From Candidatus Latescibacterota bacterium (GTDB lineage: Bacteria; Latescibacterota; UBA2968): a stretch of DNA of 64,000 nt. The DNA is taken from positions 2,368,001 to 2,432,000 of the forward strand of contig OZ242010.1 of NCBI GenBank assembly GCA_965204745.1, read 5' to 3'. Made by a program: the position numbers and the translations under genes. Shown in pieces: positions 28,479-38,325 of the stretch (within the stretch, counting starts at the first letter, position 1; each line of letters starts with the position of its first letter). The notes beneath the pieces are model-generated. The model made no database searches. It was not told the DNA's origin and was given only the letters and a program-made list of their open reading frames with translations.

Positions 28479-28524
28479 AAAAAGTAAAGCCCGAGTTCAC
28501 TGTGAACCCGGGCTTTTGTTTTTT
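28479..28524. terminator. Hairpin terminator downstream of the giant adhesin gene
   Basis: aaagcccgagttcac / gtgaacccgggcttt flanked by A and T tracts. Confidence 0.65.
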
Positions 28525-28541
28525 CGCGTCTTTCGCAGTTG

Positions 28542-28730
28542 TTAGCCTGTCGAGCCAAAGTCGGCGGTGAAGATGAGGAAATCGTCGAATCCAATTTGAC
28601 CATCGCCATTGAGATCGCACCGGGGGTCATATCGCTCCTGACCGAGGCGCGAGCCGAACTTGCTGGCAAAGGTCAAGAAGTCGGCGAAATTCGCATTGCC
28701 ATCTGTGGCGGTCAGAGAACAGGCTTTCAT
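28542..28730 (-). CDS. Stand-alone EF-hand/dockerin-like module (small protein or relic)
   Basis: NFADFLTFASKFG...YDPRCDLNGDGQIGFDDFLIFTADFG; ATGA overlap with the upstream gene. Confidence 0.55.
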   Translation of the reverse strand: MKACSLTATDGNANFADFLTFASKFGSRLGQERYDPRCDLNGDGQIGFDDFLIFTADFGSTG

Positions 28731-31700
28731 TGGAAGTGGGAGTCGGGATAGAGGCTTCGGATGTAGGGTTCAATGGCTTGAGAGGTCGTGCGCGTAGCAG
28801 TTGGCTCGATGACGTTCCCTCTGACGAGGGCCTCGTTCCGGAAGAAGAGGACGTATCGAATGATCAGGATTATATCCGAGAACAGCCTCACATCGCCATC
28901 GCCATCCACATCGAGAATGTTCTGATTGACCAACGTGTCGAGGTAGGGTTCAATTTCTTGAGCGGTCGTGCGCGTGGCAGTTGGCTCGATGACGTTCCCT
29001 CTGAGGAGGGCCTCGTTCCGGAAGAAGAGGACATATCGAATGACCAGGATTATATCCGAGAACAATCTCACCCGGCCATCGCCATCCACATCCAAGTTGG
29101 CACTCGAGGTTTCGTCATCGATAATCGTCCCTGTGCCTTGCGCCGTGCTTATGGTCGCATTGGTCGCACTGCTCAGCGTCACGATCACGGTCTCGTTCTG
29201 CTCATCATTCGAGTCGTCGGTCACAGAAACAGGGATGGTCTGGATGGTATCGCCCATCGCGAAGGTCAGGGTCCCTGCGGTGAGCGCGGTATAATCCGTC
29301 CCCGAAGTCGCGGTGCCCGTGCCCGCGTCTGCATACCCCACCGTCACCTGTGCCGTGTGCGCCGGGCGTAGGTACACCTGAAAGGTCAGGGTCGCGCCGG
29401 TCGCGCCTTCAATCACGCTTGGCGAACCGATACTCAGCGCAGGCATGCCATCGTCATCGATAATCGTACCGGTGCCGGTGAGGCTCGTAGCCCCGCCATC
29501 AAAGGTGGCATTGACCGCGTTGCTCAACGTCACCTCCACGGTCTCGTTCGGCTCATCATCCGAGTCGTCGCTCACAGAAACAGCGATGGTCTGGCTGGTC
29601 GTGCCCGCCGCGAAGGTCAGGGTTCCTGCGGTGAGCGCGGTGTAGTCCGTCCCCGAAGTCGCGGTGCCCGTGCCCGCGTCTGCATACGCCACCGTCACCT
29701 CCTTGCCGCTCGCCGCATGCAATCTAACGGTGAACGTCAGGGCAGTGCCCTCAACCGCACTCGGCGAACTGATCGAGAGCCTCGGCGGCGCGTCATCATC
29801 GGTGATCGTTATCACAGTCGAGAGGAACACTGCCTGGGCGTTGTCTGCCACAACGGTCACGGTCACGTCGCGATTAGGCGCGTCTTGGGTATTGTCCACC
29901 GCTGTGATGACCACCGTATCCGACGCGTTCGCCGTGCTCCCGGCCGCGATGGTGATCGTCGAATCCGCCGCCACCGTGTAAGCACCCGCCACCGGGCGCA
30001 CTATGATCGTTGTCGCCGCGCTCAACGGGTGTGCCAGCGTCGCGGTCACGGTACTCATCCCACCGTTTTCCGAGATCGACGAGGGCGTCAGTGCCAACGT
30101 CACTATCGCGGGTTGGAGCTGAAATTGCACGGTGGTATCCATGCCGGCATACTTCAAGACCGGATACTGATTCATCGCGCCAAAGGTCCACGGATCATCA
30201 TTGCCGGATTGTCCGTCGAGGTCGGCGTCCCAGCCGTAGTAGGTGTCGTTGGCGGTGGCACCGTAGGTGGTGGGGCTCTGGAGCTCACTGGTGGTCTTGC
30301 CCGTGCCGCCGCCCCCGCTGGTGGCACGGTCGCTGGTGGAGGTGTCCCAGTAGCTATTGGTCGTGCTGCCTTGACTAGAGGATCCTATTAGCCCGCCGAC
30401 GTTTGAGGACCCGCTGACTCGGCCGGTGGAGTATGAGTTCGTTACACTGCCGAACTTTTGCCCCAACACCCCGCCGACCTGGTTGTTGCCGCTGACGGCG
30501 GCGGTGGAGTAGCTGGAATTGATAACCGCCGCGTTTCGGCCTTGATAGCCAACTATGCCGCCGACACGGTCTGTGCCGGTGACCGATCCCGTGGTGTAAC
30601 AGGCGACGATTGTGCCGTTATTGCTGCCGACCAGAATGCCTGTGTAGAGGGCTCCGGTGACATCGGCGTTGGTTACGCCCACGGTTTCTATTTGAACTCC
30701 GGTGTCAACATCGCCGAACAGCCCGATGCTATTCACGTTGCCACGGTTGATGAACAGGTTGTTGATGGTGTGGCCGTTGCCCTTGAAATCGCCTTGGTAT
30801 TGGGTGGAGAAAGTTCCGATGGGATTCCAGCCCATGCCGCTGTTCCAATATGTGGGGTCGCCGGTTTGGGTAATGTCGCCATCGCCGTTTTCGTCGAAGT
30901 CAAGGCTTGCGAAAAGTTCGTAGCCGGTGCATGTCCCGGAAGGACAACCCATCCGGACGTTGCTGGTGGTGTCTCGGTTGGGAAAGGCGGCGTTGTAGTT
31001 CATGGTATCACTAGCGGCGACGACCCCATCGCCGTTGAGATCCCAGCGAATGGCATTGAGTTGCGCCAGAGTCGTAATGTCGATGAGGCCATCGCCATCG
31101 CTGTCGTAATCGATCCTTTGGGGCGTGCCCATGACCTCGTCCGAGGGATCGCTATCCATCCCACCTGCCAAGGTGGCAATGACGCGCACGGTGTAGATCG
31201 TGCCAATCGTCAGGTTCTCTATCGTGTAGGTCGTGGTGTTTCCTCCAGAGACCGTCGCCTGGCGATCAGAGGTGTTGTAGCTTTGTCCGCCGGACTTCCA
31301 CTGCACCTTGTACCCCCTCGCGCCGGTTGCCTCGGTCCAACGCACGATGAGTTGAAGCGGCCCCGGCGTCACGCGCACATTGGTGGGCTTGGCTGGCGCC
31401 GTGGTCACCATGACTGCGTCCGAAGGGGTGCTGTTGGCGGCCGTTGTGGTGTGCGTGGCGATCACTCGAATCGTGTAGGTCGTCTCTGCGGTCAGCCCAG
31501 AAATATCGTAGGTCGTGGTGCTCCCGTCAGCGATTGTGGCTTGCCCGCGCAAGGCGGACACCAGATCGGAGGTGGGATAAGTCTCTGACCCGGATTTCCA
31601 CTGCACCTTATACCCGATGGCATCGTCCACCGCATTCCAAGTCACGGTCAGCGTGTCCGCCGTCGCACTCACCTCCACACCCGTCGGGCTACCCAGCAGG

Positions 31701-34300
31701 GGAACGTCGGTCACTTCATCCGAGGGGTCACTGTCGGCTACATTGGCACGCGTGGCGATCACTCGAATCGCGTAGGTCGTCCCTGCGGTCAGCCCAGAAA
31801 TATCGTAGGTCGTGGTGCTCCCGTTAGCGATTGTGGCTTGCCCGCGCGTGGCGGACGCCAGATCGGAGGTGGGATAAGTCTCTGACCCGGATTTCCACTG
31901 CACCTTATACCCGGTTGCATCGTCCACTGCGTTCCAAGTCACGGTCAGCGTGTCCGCCGTCGCACTCACCTCCACACCCGTCGGGCTACCCAGCAGGGGA
32001 ACGCCGGTCTGCTCTGCCGAGGGGTCACTGTCGGCTACATTGGCACGCGTGGCGATCACTCGAATCGCGTAGGTCGTCCCTGCGGTCAGCCCAGAAATAT
32101 CGTAGGTCGTGGTGCTCCCGCCTGCGATTGTGGCTTGCCCGTGCGTGGTGGACTGCTCATCAGAGGTGGGATAAGTCTCTGACCCGGATTTCCACTGCAC
32201 CTTATAGCCATCCGCGTCATCCACCGCGTCCCATGACACGCGCAACGTGTCCACCTGCGCGAGCACGCTAACGTTTTTAGGCGGCAACAGCCTTAGCGCG
32301 CCAGTCGCCTCGTTGGAGGCTTCACTGTCATCGTAATTCGCACGGGTGGCGATCACCCGAACCGCGTAGGTCGTTCTGGCAGTCAGATCGGGAATCTTGT
32401 AATTCGTCGTACTGCCCACTGTGGCCTGTCCATGCGTCGCGGCATGCCCATCAGCAGTGGGGTAATTTTCTTCGCCAGACTTCCACTGCACCTTGTAACC
32501 CGTCGCACCGGTCACAGCGTCCCAATTCACCGATAGGGTATCCATCAAGGCCATCACACGCACATTCATCGGCATGCCTAGCGTCTCGTCGTCGTCCACC
32601 GTCACCGTCACGCTGGCGATAGACAGACCAGTCGTATAGACCCCTGAATCGGTGGTAACGCGGTGACTCACAAGCGCGGTGTCGTCCAGGCCATCGGCAT
32701 CATGCCCTGCGGTTACGGTCACCGTCTGCGCCGTGTTCCAATTCGAATTTGTGAAGGTCAGCGTCGAAGAGGACACGGTGACATCGGTGTTATTGCTCAT
32801 GACGCCAATCACGACGTCGTTAGCGGGTTGGGTATCCAATTCGACCGTATAGGTGCCTCTGTTGGCGTTGGTGGTGCTGGGATCCTCCTTTAATGCCAGA
32901 TTGCTCTCGCTGACGGTCACGCCCGGAGTCGGCGTCAGCGTTATTGTGTCCGTGGTCAGATCGCCACTTTTTCTATGAGCCGATGCCCACACCTTCACTG
33001 CCAAGGTCTGGTCAGTGTCGAAGTTGCCGGTGAAGGCCAGACGCAGATACGTCCTAGAACTCAAGGATCCATTTACGAAGGAGATGGACAAATTCGGGAT
33101 GGTCGTCACCAATCCGAAGTGAGAAGTATTCAAAGAGGCACCGTGGCTGAAGCGGGTGTGGTGCAACTGCAGATCAATCCTCGCACCGTTCAGATTGGCT
33201 TCGGTTAACTGGGTGGGGGTAGTGTAACTGATCGTGACCCCTATCACTTTGATGTTGAATAACAGACTGGCGCGATCGCTATTGGCCATGTTGGCGTCCG
33301 AGTCCGTCGCATAGAGGGTGACGGAGAAGGTGCCCCCATGGTCAGGCGTGCCGCAGATGGTACGCGCCGCCGCGCCGGGACAAGTCCCACTGCCATCGGC
33401 GTCAAAGGTCAAACCCGCAGGCAAGCCGGTGGCTTCATAGGTTAAGGCACCATCGCCGCCAGTCGCCGCAGGCATTTGCCACGCCAAAGTATCCACGCCC
33501 GCAGTAATGGTCGTATCAGGCACTGAGTTATTACCGAAAGACGGAACCTCATCGCTCGACAATGTCGCCGTGTAGGTCGTGTTAAGGCTATTGTCCGTGA
33601 CGATGACCGAAACGGTTATGGCACCGCTACTCAGGGAACTGATGGTGTGTGAGCTACCACTGGCGACCGTGGTCGTGTCTCCACTATTGACGCTGACGCC
33701 GATGGTGCCCGAACTGGCCGTGGGTGTAACCTTCAGGCCGTTGGCGGTGGAGGGGATACTCCCGGTGTAAGTGAGCGTGGACGAGGCGAAGGTCGGCATC
33801 AACGTGACCGACGAGGAAGTGGTAATGGGTATCCAGTCTGCAAAGGCGGTAAGTTGATTCTCCCCCTCCCAAACGTGCCACATGACCCCGCCATGGTCGA
33901 TCTCGGTTTGTTCAAGCGTGATCGATGTGGGATGAGTTTCGCTAGCGACTTGACGACATCCCGCCCTCCCGATAAGGCTAACATCTCGTCGAGTATCCTT
34001 ATCGGCACAAACATAGTGATAAAAATTCTGAGTCGAACCATCAGAAGCGGGGCCAGTAATCGTTATCGGTTGCGAAGTCGTTTGCGGCAAGAGGGTAGTG
34101 AAGCCAAACGAGAACGTCGAGTAGTAGCTACTGCTATGTCTGGGTGAAGCCGGCGGATCAACTGAAATGGTAGCAACCAGTGCCAGGCCGGACAGAGTCG
34201 GCGCAGATTGCGCCTTAGCGGACGGAACAAAGCCGATCATTGTAACCAGCCAACCGAAAAGCACGATAAAAACTGGATAGATTCGGGAGAACATCGTCAT
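28727..34300 (-). CDS. Giant secreted adhesin-like protein (cadherin-like/Ig, FN3 repeats, GLUG-like, Calx-beta, duplicated dockerin-like tail)
   Basis: Signal peptide ending SAKA; repeated V.W.AV..A.GYKVQWKSG; SGTDYTALTAGTLTF..D..DEPNET; two LDVDGDG units; RBS gaggag before ATG 34300. Confidence 0.88.
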   Translation of the reverse strand: MTMFSRIYPVFIVLFGWLVTMIGFVPSAKAQSAPTLSGLALVATISVDPPASPRHSSSYYSTFSFGFTTLLPQTTSQPITITGPASDGSTQNFYHYVCADKDTRRDVSLIGRAGCRQVASETHPTSITLEQTEIDHGGVMWHVWEGENQLTAFADWIPITTSSSVTLMPTFASSTLTYTGSIPSTANGLKVTPTASSGTIGVSVNSGDTTTVASGSSHTISSLSSGAITVSVIVTDNSLNTTYTATLSSDEVPSFGNNSVPDTTITAGVDTLAWQMPAATGGDGALTYEATGLPAGLTFDADGSGTCPGAAARTICGTPDHGGTFSVTLYATDSDANMANSDRASLLFNIKVIGVTISYTTPTQLTEANLNGARIDLQLHHTRFSHGASLNTSHFGLVTTIPNLSISFVNGSLSSRTYLRLAFTGNFDTDQTLAVKVWASAHRKSGDLTTDTITLTPTPGVTVSESNLALKEDPSTTNANRGTYTVELDTQPANDVVIGVMSNNTDVTVSSSTLTFTNSNWNTAQTVTVTAGHDADGLDDTALVSHRVTTDSGVYTTGLSIASVTVTVDDDETLGMPMNVRVMALMDTLSVNWDAVTGATGYKVQWKSGEENYPTADGHAATHGQATVGSTTNYKIPDLTARTTYAVRVIATRANYDDSEASNEATGALRLLPPKNVSVLAQVDTLRVSWDAVDDADGYKVQWKSGSETYPTSDEQSTTHGQATIAGGSTTTYDISGLTAGTTYAIRVIATRANVADSDPSAEQTGVPLLGSPTGVEVSATADTLTVTWNAVDDATGYKVQWKSGSETYPTSDLASATRGQATIANGSTTTYDISGLTAGTTYAIRVIATRANVADSDPSDEVTDVPLLGSPTGVEVSATADTLTVTWNAVDDAIGYKVQWKSGSETYPTSDLVSALRGQATIADGSTTTYDISGLTAETTYTIRVIATHTTTAANSTPSDAVMVTTAPAKPTNVRVTPGPLQLIVRWTEATGARGYKVQWKSGGQSYNTSDRQATVSGGNTTTYTIENLTIGTIYTVRVIATLAGGMDSDPSDEVMGTPQRIDYDSDGDGLIDITTLAQLNAIRWDLNGDGVVAASDTMNYNAAFPNRDTTSNVRMGCPSGTCTGYELFASLDFDENGDGDITQTGDPTYWNSGMGWNPIGTFSTQYQGDFKGNGHTINNLFINRGNVNSIGLFGDVDTGVQIETVGVTNADVTGALYTGILVGSNNGTIVACYTTGSVTGTDRVGGIVGYQGRNAAVINSSYSTAAVSGNNQVGGVLGQKFGSVTNSYSTGRVSGSSNVGGLIGSSSQGSTTNSYWDTSTSDRATSGGGGTGKTTSELQSPTTYGATANDTYYGWDADLDGQSGNDDPWTFGAMNQYPVLKYAGMDTTVQFQLQPAIVTLALTPSSISENGGMSTVTATLAHPLSAATTIIVRPVAGAYTVAADSTITIAAGSTANASDTVVITAVDNTQDAPNRDVTVTVVADNAQAVFLSTVITITDDDAPPRLSISSPSAVEGTALTFTVRLHAASGKEVTVAYADAGTGTATSGTDYTALTAGTLTFAAGTTSQTIAVSVSDDSDDEPNETVEVTLSNAVNATFDGGATSLTGTGTIIDDDGMPALSIGSPSVIEGATGATLTFQVYLRPAHTAQVTVGYADAGTGTATSGTDYTALTAGTLTFAMGDTIQTIPVSVTDDSNDEQNETVIVTLSSATNATISTAQGTGTIIDDETSSANLDVDGDGRVRLFSDIILVIRYVLFFRNEALLRGNVIEPTATRTTAQEIEPYLDTLVNQNILDVDGDGDVRLFSDIILIIRYVLFFRNEALVRGNVIEPTATRTTSQAIEPYIRSLYPDSHFQ

Positions 34301-34590
34301 TTTGACTCTCCTCACAAACTGTTTTGCAATAAAATAGAACCACACGCCAAGACGGGAATGGGCACCATGAACGCCTCTTTTCGCGGAGGGAACATAGGGT
34401 AAAATGAGGTTCAAACAGCGTTTGAAAATGGTGGGAATCATCTGGAGCCTCCTTTGCAAAAACTGTCGCACAAATTAGGCGCGGCTTTTCCTCCGCGCTC
34501 AAAATCGAAATCGTGAACGGGAAAAAAATACAACATCACGCTATTGTTTGTCAAGCGGTAAAGTGACGATGGGATCGGCGGTCAAGCGAT

Positions 34591-34618
34591 AAGGACAGGC
34601 ACAGGGGCCTGTCCCTAC
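34591..34618 (-). repeat. GTAG-type REP-like palindrome (related copies at 26679, 27959, 45535, 52619, 62318)
   Basis: Reverse strand reads GTAG-GGACAGGC-ccctgt-GCCTGTCC. Confidence 0.75.
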
Positions 34619-34644
34619 GACGGATGGCGGCAGGGTGTGCGAGG

Positions 34645-35107
34645 GGGACCTACCCCCTAACCCCCTTCCTGCGAGGAAGGGGGAACTGTGAGCGGTTTTG
34701 CGAGGGGAATGGCGAGAGGTTTTTTGGGGTTCATGGCGTGATCCATTCGCCCAAAGCCATCAAAACAGCCATGGATGCAAACCATCAAAAAGCCATGCGC
34801 TCCCCCTTTCCTCGTAGGAAAGGGGGCCGGGGGGATAGGTCCTGCGAGGAAGGGGGAATGGCGATGGGTCTTCCGAGGGATTGTGCGTGGGGGGTTTGGG
34901 TTTCTATGGCGTGATCCGTTCGCTCAAAGCCATCAAAACAGCCCTGGATGCAAACCTTTAAGAAAGCCATGCGCTCCCCCTTTCCTCGAAGGGGGCCGGG
35001 GGATAGGTCCCCGCGCGCAACGCCGTCAGAGCAACTCTTGATATAAGCCATCAAAGGAACTTTACTCCCCTTTCCTCGTAGGAAAGGGACCGGGGGATAG
35101 GTCCCCG
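34645..35107. repeat. Repeat family A cluster
   Basis: gggacctacccc..ttcctgcgaggaagggg start; three cccctttcctcg..gggggataggtcc modules; blocks shared with 12958-13436. Confidence 0.9.
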
Positions 35108-35161
35108 CACGCTACTAGATTTGCGCGGGGAACAGATGCACTGATGGACGAGGAGGGAAAA

Positions 35162-36298
35162 ATGAAAATTACCGATCTGCATGTGATGCGGATGGGCACG
35201 CCTGGGCAAGGGGGGACGAACTGGACATTTGTCAAAATCGAGACCGATGCGGGCATTTACGGCTTGGGCGAAGCCAGTTTGCAGTTCAAGGACGAAGGGT
35301 TGATCGCGGAATTTGGGGCGTTTAAGCGGTTTCTCATCGGCAAAGATCCGTTTGAGATCGAGCGATTGTGGACATCCCTGTATCGGCGCGTGACGTGGTC
35401 GGGCGGGCCGGTGACCACGAGTGCGATCAGCGCGATTGATCTGGCATTGTGGGACATCAAGGGCAAAGCATTAGGCGTGCCGGTGTACGAGTTGCTCGGC
35501 GGCAAGTCGCACGATAAAATTCGCATGTACGCCAATGGCTGGCCGCGAGGTGGCATGACGCCTCGGGGGATTGCCGAAGAAGCGAAAAAGGTGGTGGACC
35601 AGGGCTATACGGCGTTGAAATTCTATCCGTTTGGCGGCGAGCAAGTGGCAAAGATCGAACGCATCGAGCACGGGGTCGCGCTTGTGGAAGCCGTGCGGGA
35701 GGCGGTCGGTTCGCAAATCGAAATCGGGATCGACATTCGCGCCCGGCTGAATATCTGGAGCGCGCGCCGGGTCGCCCACCACTTGGAGGCATTTAATATC
35801 GCGTGGATGGAAGAGCCGATCTTGTGGGACAATCCCGAAGCACTCGCGCAATTTGCCCGCGACGTGCGCGTGCCCATCGCGACGGGCGAACAATTGTACA
35901 CGCGCTGGGGCTTCCGCGCCTTGTTGGAACAAAACGCGGTGGGCATTATCCAGCCGGATATCTGTCATGCGGGCGGGATAACCGAGTTAAAGAAAATCGC
36001 GTCCATGGCCGAGACGTATTACGTGACCCTGGCGCCACACAATTCCAATGGGCCGCTTTCCACGATAGCGAGCCTGCATCTGGACTTGTGCATTCACAAC
36101 AGTTTGATGCAGGAGATTTTCCTGTCGTCTATCGCCCTCTACAACGAGGTGCTCACGCAACCCATTGCCGTGATCGATGGGTATTGCATCCCACCCGAAG
36201 GCCCGGGCTGGGGCGTGGATTTGAAATCGGATGTGCTTGCGAAATACCCGCCCAAGGCATTTACGCCTGTCGCATCAGAGCCTTATGTGGCGTTTTGA
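35162..36298 (+). CDS. Mandelate racemase/enolase superfamily acid-sugar dehydratase (galactonate-dehydratase-like)
   Basis: SAIDLALWDIKGK.LGVPVYELLGG, WMEEP, ATGE, QPDICHAGGI, APHN. Confidence 0.9.
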   Translation: MKITDLHVMRMGTPGQGGTNWTFVKIETDAGIYGLGEASLQFKDEGLIAEFGAFKRFLIGKDPFEIERLWTSLYRRVTWSGGPVTTSAISAIDLALWDIKGKALGVPVYELLGGKSHDKIRMYANGWPRGGMTPRGIAEEAKKVVDQGYTALKFYPFGGEQVAKIERIEHGVALVEAVREAVGSQIEIGIDIRARLNIWSARRVAHHLEAFNIAWMEEPILWDNPEALAQFARDVRVPIATGEQLYTRWGFRALLEQNAVGIIQPDICHAGGITELKKIASMAETYYVTLAPHNSNGPLSTIASLHLDLCIHNSLMQEIFLSSIALYNEVLTQPIAVIDGYCIPPEGPGWGVDLKSDVLAKYPPKAFTPVASEPYVAF

Positions 36299-36360
36299 GT
36301 AAAGTGTGGAGAAATGCGACTTTATACGATAGTTGTTAATTTGAAGGAACGATTTCTGTC

Positions 36361-36389
36361 TTGACCACTAAGATGAATTAGGATATATT
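36361..36389 (+). promoter_or_regulatory. Sigma70-like promoter of ssrA
   Basis: TTGACC, 17-nt spacer, TATATT, ending 12 nt before the tmRNA 5' end. Confidence 0.7.
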
Positions 36390-36401
36390 TGCAAAAGCAT
36401 T

Positions 36402-36771
36402 GGGGGCGACATGGATTCGACGGGGGTGGAGAGATGATGGCTGCGTGTCGAGGTGCCCAATCACCTCGTAAAACAATTGGGAAAAACGCAACTGCGGACG
36501 ATAACACGTACGCAATGGCTGCCTAACCAACCGTTACGCAGTCCGTTCTGTCAGACCTCGCCTGCGTGGTCTGGGTCAGGGCGCCGACGAGAGCAGGCTG
36601 GTTCGGGAGTTTCCGCTCGAGGACATCCGAACGAGACAAAATCGGGCTGGCATCTCAATGACCCTGTCTGTTGGGGCGCGGGATGCGAGATTTCAAATGA
36701 ATAGACTACACACGTAGATGCCGTTGTCAAACCGCTTTCGGACGCGGGTTCGATTCCCGCCGCCTCCACCA
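36402..36771 (+). ncRNA. ssrA: tmRNA; probable tag ADDNTYAMAA* at 36494-36526
   Basis: 5' GGGGGCGACATGGATTCGAC; 3' GGACGCGGGTTCGATTCCCGCCGCCTCCACCA T-arm and acceptor; tag ends in AA-stop. Confidence 0.97.
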
Positions 36772-36777
36772 ATAATG

Positions 36778-36819
36778 AAATCGCAACTTCCATGAGTTGG
36801 AAGTTGCGATTTTTTTTTT
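36778..36819 (+). terminator. ssrA terminator
   Basis: aaatcgcaacttcc / ggaagttgcgattt followed by a T run. Confidence 0.9.
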
Positions 36820-36822
36820 AGC

Positions 36823-37021
36823 TTCGCTTTACCCTTTTGTGCCTTTTGTGCCTTCTGTGGCAAATACGCTTTACCCTTTTGTGCCTTTTGTGCCTTCTGT
36901 GGCAAATACGCTTTGCCCTTTTGTGCCTTCTGTGCCTTCTGTGGCAAATACGCTTTACCCTTTTGTGCCTTTTGTGCCTTCTGTGGCAAATTCGCTTTAC
37001 CCTTCTGTGCCTTCTGTGGCA
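36823..37021. repeat. 42-bp tandem repeat (four full copies plus one shorter) with a 9-bp internal period
   Basis: cgcttt at 36825, 36867, 36909, 36951 and 36993; ccttYtgtg sub-repeats. Confidence 0.95.
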
Positions 37022-37032
37022 CATCGCACCTC

Positions 37033-37470
37033 TCAAAAAGGTTTTAGCACAGCCAGCGCGACAATGATGATCGCGATGAGCGCGGTGACAGAACTGACCG
37101 TGCGGAAATAGGCCGCGCTTTTGGTGTTTTCGCCGCGTTGAAATGTTTTGCGTTGGCGCGACATCATGCCGTGCAACCCGGCGAGGATGAGCACCAGCAG
37201 CAGTTTGGCGTGTAGCCAACCGGCCATTTTGCCACCGATAGCGACGATCAGGAGGAGGCCCGTGATAAAGACCGCGATCAGACACGGGAGGAGCAGAAGG
37301 CGCAGGAGGTTGCGTTCCATCCGTTGAAAGGTCGCGTCCATATCCGATCCCACAGCGGCGGCGTGATACGCGAACAGGCGCGGCAAGTACAAAAGGCCGA
37401 TCAGCCAGCCGATGATGGCGATGAGGTGAACGGTTTTGAGCCACAGATAATATTCCATGGGAAAATTCAT
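37033..37470 (-). CDS. hemJ: Protoporphyrinogen oxidase HemJ
   Basis: YLWLKTVHLIAII, LLYLPRLFAYH, MERNL, WLHAKL, LAVLKPF. Confidence 0.9.
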   Translation of the reverse strand: MNFPMEYYLWLKTVHLIAIIGWLIGLLYLPRLFAYHAAAVGSDMDATFQRMERNLLRLLLLPCLIAVFITGLLLIVAIGGKMAGWLHAKLLLVLILAGLHGMMSRQRKTFQRGENTKSAAYFRTVSSVTALIAIIIVALAVLKPF

Positions 37471-37480
37471 CGCGTGATCC

Positions 37481-38281
37481 TCAATCGTAGTTGCTGCTTT
37501 TGTGGTCGCCCATCAGGCGGCGTTGGCGCGAGGTGGCGCGGGCGAGAATTTGGGGGTCAAATTGAAAGCGGTTGAGATAGGGCGGGTACTTTTGCGCGAT
37601 CATGCGCTTGGCATAGTGGACTTGAAGCAGATAGCGCGTCTCGTCACTGGTGTTGGCCGTGCCGCGGTGCCAAACTTCGCTGCGGAAGATGACCACGTCA
37701 CCGGCGTTGCACATGATGGATTTTTCGGTCTGGCCTTTCCAAGTCGTGTCGCCATTGGGACTTCTGCCCGAAAGGTGGCTGCCGGGGATGAAGTTGGTAG
37801 GGCCAATGTCCTCGGCGATGTCGTCCAAATAAAAATGTGCAGTGGTGATGAAGATGGGGAGGCGCACCCGAGGGTCCGCGAGAATGTCTTCCGGCAGGCT
37901 GAGGGGCAACCAGTCCGTGTGGAGTTTTTGATCCGGGCGACCGGGGCCGGTCATCCACGCGGTCATGCCAATGCAGTGGCAATCGCTGCCGTGGATGGCT
38001 TCGGCGATTTCGATGATGCCGGGGCAGTCGAGAAATTGGAGGAAGTGCGGGTGTCGGTTGAACGCATTGTTGATGTGTTTGTTGACGTAGCCGAGGTCTT
38101 CGGGCCGTCCGTTTTTGTCAAAACTCTCCGGAATGGGCATCAGGGCGTCCATGTGATCGCGGAGTTTTGCAACCCGTTGGGCCGTCAAGACATCGGGCAG
38201 ATAGGCGTAGCCGTCGCGATACAGGGCTTCGGTTTGATCTGCGAGGGTATCAAAGGCGATGAGCGGTAGAGGGGCGGCCAT
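37481..38281 (-). CDS. Phytanoyl-CoA dioxygenase (PhyH) family protein
   Basis: YRDGYAYL, LHTDW, GPTNFIPGSH, AGDVVIF..EVWHRG. Confidence 0.85.
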   Translation of the reverse strand: MAAPLPLIAFDTLADQTEALYRDGYAYLPDVLTAQRVAKLRDHMDALMPIPESFDKNGRPEDLGYVNKHINNAFNRHPHFLQFLDCPGIIEIAEAIHGSDCHCIGMTAWMTGPGRPDQKLHTDWLPLSLPEDILADPRVRLPIFITTAHFYLDDIAEDIGPTNFIPGSHLSGRSPNGDTTWKGQTEKSIMCNAGDVVIFRSEVWHRGTANTSDETRYLLQVHYAKRMIAQKYPPYLNRFQFDPQILARATSRQRRLMGDHKSSNYD

Positions 38282-38325
38282 ATCCGTGCTCCGAGATGAT
38301 GTGGTAGGGCGAGAGTTGTTGCGGG

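Noticed and set aside
36823-37021. Possible CRISPR array or island integrated at ssrA
   Set aside because: It is a pure tandem repeat without spacers; no integrase and no duplicated ssrA 3' end were seen.
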